Source of the DNA: Candidatus Poseidoniaceae archaeon
GTDB taxonomy: Archaea > Thermoplasmatota > Poseidoniia > Poseidoniales > Poseidoniaceae
Length of the DNA: 64,000 bases
NCBI GenBank assembly: GCA_028356125.1
Contig: JAOMTZ010000004.1
Coordinates: 25,552 to 89,551, forward strand
Direction of reading: 5' to 3'
Shown: positions 1-7,797 of the stretch, piece after piece
Layout: each line of letters opens with the position of its first letter
Position numbering within the stretch: the first letter of the stretch is position 1
The notes under the pieces: model-generated
The model's database searches: none
What the model was told of the DNA's origin: nothing
Seen by the model: the letters and a program-made list of their open reading frames with translations, nothing else
Position numbers and translations under genes: made by a program

Positions 1-370
1 ATTCCGGAATTGAGTTTATGTCAACAGACCAATGGTCGCACCAGGCGTACAATCTTGATAGAGGGAGTAGTCTAGAATTACCTAGAATTTGGTCATGAGT
101 TAGGAACAGAACTGGTTGCAACTTCTTCGCTTGACGAAAATAATCAGTCAAAGACAGAACATCAGACCAACCATCGTCGAATGTTATCAACACAGAGTTA
201 TCGGCATAGCCTCTTGATGTAGCAGTTGAGTTCAGCGAATCAAGTCTGATAATTAGATCGCTTAGTTCTACAGACATTCCTATCTTGTGACTAATGTTAT
301 GATTTACTCTTGGTGAGCCCTGATGTATTCTATGAAGACAAGGTATTTCAATGCTAAAATTAGTGATCAT
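1..370 (-). CDS. Polysaccharide deacetylase (NodB/CE4) family protein, 3' end beyond window
   Basis: Not in the ORF track. Manual translation from ATG at 370 (ATGA overlap with the upstream stop) gives MITNFSIEIPCLHRI...SVLITFDDGWSD...PVLFLT and stays open to position 1. TFDDG is CE4 motif 1. Confidence 0.7.
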   Translation of the reverse strand, partial: MITNFSIEIPCLHRIHQGSPRVNHNISHKIGMSVELSDLIIRLDSLNSTATSRGYADNSVLITFDDGWSDVLSLTDYFRQAKKLQPVLFLTHDQILGNSRLLPLSRLYAWCDHWSVDINSIPE

Positions 371-1164
371 GCAACGACCTCCCAAAGTTTAGAAATTCTA
401 GAATTAACTCCAAGGAAGTCATTGATTTTGATTGGATGGATGTTCTCCTCAATCCAGTGATTTAATTCATCTTCATTTTGTAATTCAACTGTTGTTGTTT
501 GTGTATTTACCCTCTTGTCTCGCAAAATAATCCAATCTTCTTCGGCCCACTTGTTGAAACGTATTCCTGTCAAAAAAGGACCATATCCTGGTACCGTGTA
601 ATGCTGCAGATAAGTTTGTTCAAAGTAACTCAGTTCTACAAAGTTCAAGTCAAAATGATAGTTAGTATACCAGTCCTTGTTTCCAATTAAATGCTGAATC
701 TCCCATCTACCATTAGCCTCGACAAGTCGATACTTTAGGAATGGATGAGATTGAACAGATTCATCTCCTATCCTGATTATTGAGAAATATGGGAAACCAT
801 TGCCTGGGTCACACCACCAATCTTCATCGTCGATTCTAACTACAATAGCAATGTGACAATCTGGTTGCATAATTGTGGCAGCTACTAATTTTGCATCATA
901 GCCAAGTTTCACTAATACCTGGTGAATGAATGGATTTCTTACAGTGCAAATGCCACCTACTGCCGACAACATTTGCCCTTTGATATCATCCCATGTTGGT
1001 ACTTCTCTAGCATTACTTAGCATTGTCAAATTTTGAAATGGAATCTTCTCTATTGTTTTTGAAATAATTTCAACTAAGAAAGGTAGGTTACATTCGCTCC
1101 TCGACAAATCTAGAAGTTTCAAGAATTTATCAACTTCAGAATCTGATAACCAATCTTGGGTCAT
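367..1164 (-). CDS. Arylamine N-acetyltransferase / amide synthase family protein
   Basis: IPFQNL, GGIC, CHIAIVV and WCDPGNG give the NAT Cys-His-Asp triad. Confidence 0.85.
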   Translation of the reverse strand: MTQDWLSDSEVDKFLKLLDLSRSECNLPFLVEIISKTIEKIPFQNLTMLSNAREVPTWDDIKGQMLSAVGGICTVRNPFIHQVLVKLGYDAKLVAATIMQPDCHIAIVVRIDDEDWWCDPGNGFPYFSIIRIGDESVQSHPFLKYRLVEANGRWEIQHLIGNKDWYTNYHFDLNFVELSYFEQTYLQHYTVPGYGPFLTGIRFNKWAEEDWIILRDKRVNTQTTTVELQNEDELNHWIEENIHPIKINDFLGVNSRISKLWEVVA

Positions 1165-1988
1165 GCCAAAGCCTCCTCAAAAACAACCTTCAGATGCGAA
1201 GCACAAAGTGGAAGGTAACTCATGTCTATCGCTTCATCAGTGCCATGAACTCTTACTGAGTCATCATTCGGACCTATTGCAAGATACGCCTTTCCCTTTA
1301 GTAAGTGAGCAATACATGGACACCTATTTTCTCCAAATGCCTTCGACATCACTCTATTTCGGACCTTAGTCTCCTTATTTTCTACTTGATTTATATCAGA
1401 TAGTCTGAGGTTTATTCTGTCAATAGTGTCGTTCTGTCCAACATATAGTACTCTCTGGTCACCATTCTTGAAGAAGTAACCAGTCTCATCAATCCAGAAG
1501 TCAACATCAGGCAATTCCAATGTTGGATAGACCTGATGGGCCCAAGGTGAGCCAATCTCCTCTTCTCCCTGGATAACAAATAACAATCCAACATCTGGCA
1601 TATTTTCTTCGATATAGATCAACCGCTGAACAAATGGTCCAATGTTGTCCGCAATACCTCTTCCGAATAGCATACCATCTCGAACTTCTGCATTCCAAGG
1701 ATCTGTATTCCATTCATCTACATCCGCAGGCTCAACATCATAATGGTGGAAGAAGCCAATCCAATTATCTCCTGAATTAGGAGGCTTAGATGCTACAATT
1801 ACCGGTCTGTAAGATGCTTGAGGGTCAACATGAGTTACAATGTCAAAACCAATCCTTTCCATCCAATCAATCAAGTTCTTTGATGCCACTTCTAAGCCAG
1901 AAGGATTGGTCTCTATCGCCTTCATAGAAATCCATTCAGATGACTTTTCAATCCATCTAATTTGCATCTCTTCAGTCCATTCACTCAA
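1161..1988 (-). CDS. M20/M25/M40 family metallo-amidohydrolase, short form apparently lacking the dimerisation domain
   Basis: HYDVEP, GRGIADN, GEEEIGS, DET and HGTDE metal-binding motifs; only 275 aa. Confidence 0.8.
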   Translation of the reverse strand: MSEWTEEMQIRWIEKSSEWISMKAIETNPSGLEVASKNLIDWMERIGFDIVTHVDPQASYRPVIVASKPPNSGDNWIGFFHHYDVEPADVDEWNTDPWNAEVRDGMLFGRGIADNIGPFVQRLIYIEENMPDVGLLFVIQGEEEIGSPWAHQVYPTLELPDVDFWIDETGYFFKNGDQRVLYVGQNDTIDRINLRLSDINQVENKETKVRNRVMSKAFGENRCPCIAHLLKGKAYLAIGPNDDSVRVHGTDEAIDMSYLPLCASHLKVVFEEALA

Positions 1989-3397
1989 GCTTCCACCTCC
2001 TCATGTTGAATCGCATCATGGAAGATTACAAATTGACTCTTAACTGCCAAATGGTATGTCTCAAAGACATCTGGATTCATCTTCAATTGTGAAGTTACAT
2101 CTATTCCCTTCTCTATGAACTTAGTCAATGGTATTCTAAGTTCATCTTGTAGATTGTTTACCAGATTTAGAGAGTTTCTAAAAGATTCAAGCTGTCTCTC
2201 ACATCTTTCGATCAAGATATCTTCTGCACCAATTGAATTATTATTGGCATAGTGTCTTTGAAAGGACGCTCCAATTAGATCAACCTTTAACCTCCTCATC
2301 CAATTATGTAGTCCAGAATCCGGAGTCCAATTCTCAGCAAAATTATCACGAATGTGCCTAAGAGGTAATGGGAAGTGTCCCAGGCAACCTCCTCGCTTTT
2401 GCACCATAAGGGACCATATTGTATCGCCCCTACGTGGTATCTTCGGGTGGTCAGTTTCATGCAACAAACCGTGATTGAAAATTATGGTATTACCTCCTCT
2501 AATGTAGCGGTTTTCTTGGATTGGAAAATTCGAACACGTTGCAACCAAAGGTCTAGCAAGTATTCCGACTTCAAGTAGATTCCAGAGGATTTCATCACTA
2601 CCAACACTATTAGAGTCCAATTTCCATGGCTGATTATTTCTACTAACGTCTGAAAGATCGTAATAGTAATCCCTCTCACCCCATCTTTCCTTGTCAGACC
2701 TAGCTGCTATGCCGGAAATGTTAGCATTTAGATCTACCAAGTTTGTGTTAAGTGTAGATGATGCGGGTAATGGTGGTGCACCAGTAACGTCTCCAAGGCC
2801 AATATCAATCCTTGGATACATCTCATGGAATCTCCATATTTCATGGAAAAACGACCAAGGCCTGCTAAGTTGTACTTCACCATTCTGCGTGACCAGTGCA
2901 TCAAATGCAAGGTCATCATCTAACCACAGAATGATTGGGTCATCGTCCTTTGGAAGGTTACGAATAAATTGCATAGCACATTCTCTAGCATTGGTTAATT
3001 CTGAAATTCCGCTAGATGAATTGCATTCTTCATAGGTGAACTTAACTCCCGAATTCTCCAATCTTTGGATATGGCCATCATTCTCTTGTATAATCTTAAC
3101 AGAACGTTCGCCACGCAACTGCAGATGAAACCGGACAATTGGTTGCCCGTCACATTGAGCTTGAAGCAAACCAGTTCCTTCAGCTGACAAAATCATCGAA
3201 TCAATGATGTCACCGAGTGGACAAAAACGATCGGTAGCAATCACGATTTGGAAAGGTCTTCTCTTTCCATTAGCAGCCTCGTAAGTCAATCTTCTAGCGA
3301 TAGCTAGATTTTCCAAATCTTGTTGCCAATCTGAGCACCCATATTGCTCAAAGCAAATGCTACTAAGCGGGCTGAAATAAGGCTCGTTGCAGCTCAT
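1985..3397 (-). CDS. Putative GT-A fold glycosyltransferase-like protein
   Basis: NAR...ILWLDDDL (DxD), RGGNTII, RRGDTIW and PLRHIR follow the GT-A motif order. Confidence 0.5.
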   Translation of the reverse strand: MSCNEPYFSPLSSICFEQYGCSDWQQDLENLAIARRLTYEAANGKRRPFQIVIATDRFCPLGDIIDSMILSAEGTGLLQAQCDGQPIVRFHLQLRGERSVKIIQENDGHIQRLENSGVKFTYEECNSSSGISELTNARECAMQFIRNLPKDDDPIILWLDDDLAFDALVTQNGEVQLSRPWSFFHEIWRFHEMYPRIDIGLGDVTGAPPLPASSTLNTNLVDLNANISGIAARSDKERWGERDYYYDLSDVSRNNQPWKLDSNSVGSDEILWNLLEVGILARPLVATCSNFPIQENRYIRGGNTIIFNHGLLHETDHPKIPRRGDTIWSLMVQKRGGCLGHFPLPLRHIRDNFAENWTPDSGLHNWMRRLKVDLIGASFQRHYANNNSIGAEDILIERCERQLESFRNSLNLVNNLQDELRIPLTKFIEKGIDVTSQLKMNPDVFETYHLAVKSQFVIFHDAIQHEEVEA

Positions 3398-4287
3398 GCT
3401 GCCACCGCCTTTGAGTTGTTTAATGTCATGGGTTGAGGAAGATTTGGCTTGGCGCCACCCACTTCCCCAGGGTTGTATAGCGGTTGAGCCTCATCTACTA
3501 AAAGTTTGAGGATATTACCACTTAGTTCATTTGAGGCTGAAAGAACATCGTTTATTTTGAACAGAATATCATAGCTATTTGAGGTGTCAAATGCAGGCGA
3601 GTAATCCTCGCTCTTCAAAATTAATCGTGCCCCATCGAGGTCGAAATATGCGATTTGATAATAGTAATATGTTGTGATCGAGTATTCTGTCATACCATCA
3701 GAATCTTCACTCCAATAAGTTTGAGTCTCACTCCCTTGCATATTTTTGTGATCAATGCACTTCAAGTTCTTCAAGAAGTAAACTCCTTCCTTTGTAATGA
3801 TTTCAGGAGATATTTCAATTCTATCACCCTTGTTTAAATCATCAGTATGTAGTCGATTCACATAACCAATCTTTGATATCCATCTTGGCTCATCCAAAAC
3901 AATATTTCGTCCATTATAGAATTCTTCAACTAGCTTATTTTCTCTGTTTCTCCTAATCATTCCTGGCGTGGTAAAGAATAATTCCACAAGCAGAACAACT
4001 GGTAGATACTTAACCGTGAATACTGCAGTCATTACGACTTCTAGAAAACCATCTGCCGACATCTCTGAAACCTCACCGAATATGAGTTCGATAAAGAAAA
4101 AAAGTGAGTTAATACAGAATAACAACATGATAAAGAATGTAGAAACGATTCCGAAAAAGCAACTAAAGGGCAAAAAGAATATCCTTTTCTTCTTGTATAG
4201 TGAAAAATGTTCTGACTTTACATTCTTGTCCAGAAACTCTCTATCAGAATATTGTGCGTATCCTGCGAGGGGGCCAGTAGCCGACAT
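3394..4287 (-). CDS. Hypothetical membrane protein, first gene of the operon
   Basis: Two N-terminal hydrophobic segments; ATGA overlap with the next gene. Confidence 0.6.
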   Translation of the reverse strand: MSATGPLAGYAQYSDREFLDKNVKSEHFSLYKKKRIFFLPFSCFFGIVSTFFIMLLFCINSLFFFIELIFGEVSEMSADGFLEVVMTAVFTVKYLPVVLLVELFFTTPGMIRRNRENKLVEEFYNGRNIVLDEPRWISKIGYVNRLHTDDLNKGDRIEISPEIITKEGVYFLKNLKCIDHKNMQGSETQTYWSEDSDGMTEYSITTYYYYQIAYFDLDGARLILKSEDYSPAFDTSNSYDILFKINDVLSASNELSGNILKLLVDEAQPLYNPGEVGGAKPNLPQPMTLNNSKAVAA

Positions 4288-4383
4288 CAAAACGCCTTAG
4301 ACGGAAATAACTATCAATGTGGCTGTGAAAAAAGTATTTAATAGAGGAAAAATTGATATATTTTACATATTTTATATGAAATT

Positions 4384-5244
4384 ATGAGGGAGAGAGTAGT
4401 TCTACTTGCGCCGGTGATGTCGCGACTCGATCACGTTAGGCCAGCATTGCATAGGCTGAGTAAGATTGATGATAAGGATGTAGACGTAAGATTAATTCCT
4501 CTCCAAAACCATACAAATTCTAAGTTACAAATATTCTGTGATTTTCTAAAGAAACAAACATCGTATGGAACACTACCTGGTAGTCATACAGTCGAATTAA
4601 TTCCTACTAAAGACGATTTTTTAATGTCGAACAATTGGTTTTCAAATTGGAATCTATTTCTTCATTCGATGTCTCCTCTATTGTTGAATGAATCAGGAAA
4701 AAATCGTAGTCTGGTTATTCTGTTATCTGAAACAATTCCGACTGGTATAATTCTAGCTTCATCTATTGCAACACTGACTATACCTAATGTTCGCTTAATT
4801 GAATTCCCAGTTGGTTATGATCTAAATTCACAAGGTGACAATTTCGACCCTTCAAGGCAAATAATGGAACAGATGATAGAATTTCAAACATGGACTGGAG
4901 CCGGTATTCGTGAACCAATTATCGAATTAGCATCAAAGGCAGAAGTCTTGAAAGTCCTAGATATCATTAGAGAACTAGCAGAACTGAAAGCAATCCCATC
5001 CAAAGATAATGAATTGAATAATTTATCACTCGAGGTGTTGAAAGTTTCAGAAATAAAAGACAAATTAAATGCAAAAGAGTTTTCTCAAAACAAATCCAAA
5101 AAAACATCACCAAATATACTCTCAAATCGATTGAAGGTATTACGTAAGAACTTAATTATTGAGAAGGTAAGCGGAAAAGCAGCATACAGAATTACAGAAA
5201 CTGGGCTGGTAGTTTCTGGGTTACTTTCTAATGCCAATCAATAA
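4384..5244 (+). CDS. Putative transcription regulator with an N-terminal Rossmann/CARF-like domain and a C-terminal winged HTH (Csa3/DUF6293-like)
   Basis: N-terminal VVLLAPVMSRLDHVRPAL; C-terminal SPNILSNRLKVLRKNLIIEK..AAYRITETG wHTH signature; divergent from the operon. Confidence 0.5.
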   Translation: MRERVVLLAPVMSRLDHVRPALHRLSKIDDKDVDVRLIPLQNHTNSKLQIFCDFLKKQTSYGTLPGSHTVELIPTKDDFLMSNNWFSNWNLFLHSMSPLLLNESGKNRSLVILLSETIPTGIILASSIATLTIPNVRLIEFPVGYDLNSQGDNFDPSRQIMEQMIEFQTWTGAGIREPIIELASKAEVLKVLDIIRELAELKAIPSKDNELNNLSLEVLKVSEIKDKLNAKEFSQNKSKKTSPNILSNRLKVLRKNLIIEKVSGKAAYRITETGLVVSGLLSNANQ

Positions 5245-5268
5245 ATATGGAATCGAGAGTGTGCAATT

Positions 5269-5778
5269 ATGGCAATAATATCAGTCTTTGGTTCGAATGG
5301 CGACCTCGATGAAGAGGTTCTTCAGATGGCTGAGCAAGTCGGCAAACTAATCGTTGACATGGGCCATAGAGTCTGCTGCGGCGGTCGTGGAGGAGTAATG
5401 GAAGCTGTTGGGAAGGGCGCTAGATTGAGCGACAAATGGACTGGTGACCAAGTAATCGGTTTGATGCCTGAATCAGATGATAGTAGAGCAAACCCGTATC
5501 TTGACTTGGTTATGCCCACTGGTCTTGGTTTGTTTCGTAATACGCTTGTCGCTCAATGCGCAGAGGCGTGTATTTCTATTTCTGGCGGGGCAGGAACACT
5601 ATCCGAGATTGCATTCGCTTGGCAGATTGGAAAGCCAATTGCGGCGATGGCTAATTCAGGCGGATGGTCTGAGAAACTTGCAGGCACGCATCTGGATCAT
5701 AGATTTCCAGATAGGCCAATTGCTAAATTGGAAAATATTCAACAAACTAAGCAATGGATTGATTCACTGTTTGCTTGA
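5269..5778 (+). CDS. TIGR00725/LOG (SLOG superfamily) protein
   Basis: CGGRGGVME, TGLGLFRN and GGAGTLSEIAFA motifs. Confidence 0.85.
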   Translation: MAIISVFGSNGDLDEEVLQMAEQVGKLIVDMGHRVCCGGRGGVMEAVGKGARLSDKWTGDQVIGLMPESDDSRANPYLDLVMPTGLGLFRNTLVAQCAEACISISGGAGTLSEIAFAWQIGKPIAAMANSGGWSEKLAGTHLDHRFPDRPIAKLENIQQTKQWIDSLFA

Positions 5779-5820
5779 CTAGCAACCTTTAGCAATGCGT
5801 ATTTCAAGGAAATGAGTTAT

Positions 5821-6732
5821 TCAATTCTCATTAGTCTGGTACACGTAATCGAAAGATATCTTTGAGATAGCAACAATCCCGAAGACTATTGCAGAAACTA
5901 ACGCAATCATTGAACCACTACCTGCATTCAATTCTGAAGACAGGTACAGTCCTATGAATACCGAACTTATACCAAATACCTGTGTCCAAATCAAGCAAGA
6001 ACGGAAACTTCGTCCAATCAGTTGCGCTGTTGCTGCTGGCGTAACTAACAAAGCCGTCACTAATAATGTCCCAACTACTTGGACCATACTCACTACAACC
6101 GCTGCAGTAATGATACTGAAAAGAAGACCGATACCCCTAACCGGAAGTCCTTGAACTCTGGCTGCCATTGGATCGATTGTACAAGCAAGAAGTGTTGAGC
6201 GAATTGAGGCCAAGAACACTATAGAAACAATACAAATCATAGCAATCATGTCAAGGCTATTTTCATCGATTAGCAATAGGTTTCCAAAGAGATAACTGTG
6301 AATTTCAGTTGTAATTCCTCCTCCACTAACCCGTAAAATTACAAGACCTAACGCAAGCATTCCAGTTAGAAATATTGCAATAGATGCATCACCAGTGAGA
6401 ATTTCTCTCGATTGGAGTTCATGAATTAGTATCGATGCCGTTATACTGAAAACAAGTGCATACCAAAGAGGCGACGTAGCTCCAAGAACAACCCCTACAG
6501 CCACGCCTCCGAATGATACATGCGCTAGTCCATCTCCAATCAAAGCAAGATTTTGAATTAGAAGGAAAACGCCAAGCAAACCTGCTACAATCGTCACCAT
6601 AATTGCAGCAACTAATGCTCTCTGGAACATTTCTAGTTTGAAGATGTAAGGAAACGTTTCCCCCGGTATGATTGGAGCAACAAACTCCAAGAATGGTGCA
6701 ACAATTTCCAAAATGAATACTCCAATGCCCAT
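5821..6732 (-). CDS. znuB: Zn/Mn ABC transporter permease (ABC-3)
   Basis: ALIGDGLAHVSFGG, YLFGNLL and VGTLLVTALLVTPAATA motifs. Confidence 0.9.
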   Translation of the reverse strand: MGIGVFILEIVAPFLEFVAPIIPGETFPYIFKLEMFQRALVAAIMVTIVAGLLGVFLLIQNLALIGDGLAHVSFGGVAVGVVLGATSPLWYALVFSITASILIHELQSREILTGDASIAIFLTGMLALGLVILRVSGGGITTEIHSYLFGNLLLIDENSLDMIAMICIVSIVFLASIRSTLLACTIDPMAARVQGLPVRGIGLLFSIITAAVVVSMVQVVGTLLVTALLVTPAATAQLIGRSFRSCLIWTQVFGISSVFIGLYLSSELNAGSGSMIALVSAIVFGIVAISKISFDYVYQTNEN

Positions 6733-7590
6733 TCACTCTTCCTCCTTGGAATGGTTGTGTTCGTTTGGATCTCCACTGCCATGGACTGGTTCAATTCCTC
6801 GCAATTCTGCAAGTGTATCCAAATCTGGGAAATCGTTTGCGTCCCCATCAAATCGAATAACTTCCTCTAGGAAAATCATCCTATGAGCGGTTTGACGTAT
6901 TGCGGTCAAATCATGAGATACCATCAAGATTGTTTTTCCTTCATCATGGCAGAGTTTGTCTAACAATTTCAATAGAGAATTCCGTGATCCTCGATCAATC
7001 CCGACCAACGGTTCATCGAAAAGGATTAAATCGGCGTCTGAGGCTAGGGCTCGTGCGATAACTGCTCGTTGCCTTTGACCTCCTGAGAGCCTAGCGATAT
7101 CTGTTGTTTGAACATCGGTTAACCCGACCATTTCTATTGCTTTATCAACAAGTTCTTTCTGTTTACTATTGGCCCAGAAGAACATGTTACTTGCATTTCT
7201 AGTTCCAAGTTGGACTAATTCTCTGACAGTTATTCGAATGTCTCTAGGTAAATTTGAAGCAGCTTGCGATACCCAACCAATTTTCCCGTTAAGTTTCCTA
7301 GACATTGGAGGGTGCCCATAGATACTTACAGTTCCCGTTTTCGATTTCAATACCCCGAGAATTGCCAGTAGTAGTGTTGACTTTCCACTTCCATTAGGTC
7401 CTACCAAGCCAACAAATTCTCCTTTGTTGATCTTCAAATCAATATTCTTGATGATTACCCTTCCTGAACGCACTACAGTAATATTTTGTACATCCAAGAC
7501 TGATAGTCCCTCGTCAGAATGTGGAACTTCCACTCCCTGGTCGGACAGACCTCTCTTTGGAGGTGTAACTTCTATTTTGACTGATTGCAT
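6733..7590 (-). CDS. znuC: Zn/Mn ABC transporter ATPase
   Basis: GPNGSGKST, LSGGQRQR, LFDEP, SHD. Confidence 0.9.
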   Translation of the reverse strand: MQSVKIEVTPPKRGLSDQGVEVPHSDEGLSVLDVQNITVVRSGRVIIKNIDLKINKGEFVGLVGPNGSGKSTLLLAILGVLKSKTGTVSIYGHPPMSRKLNGKIGWVSQAASNLPRDIRITVRELVQLGTRNASNMFFWANSKQKELVDKAIEMVGLTDVQTTDIARLSGGQRQRAVIARALASDADLILFDEPLVGIDRGSRNSLLKLLDKLCHDEGKTILMVSHDLTAIRQTAHRMIFLEEVIRFDGDANDFPDLDTLAELRGIEPVHGSGDPNEHNHSKEEE

Positions 7591-7797
7591 TTCGACACAT
7601 CGCGTCCAATTAGGTCAATGGATTATAATAGCCGCTAGACTATTTCATCTAAACCTTCCTAGCCTTTGCAAACTCAAATAGCAAGTAACTTATTGCAATT
7701 ACTAACGTGCCTATAACAAAAGCTAGAGGTATGATGTCAATTGTGTGCATGCTATCACCTAATTATACTGCGAATAAGGGAACAAATCTCAGCCTGG

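Noticed and set aside
7591-7797. ncRNA or riboswitch between znuA and znuC
   Set aside because: No convincing stem or recognisable motif, only weak AT-rich inverted repeats.
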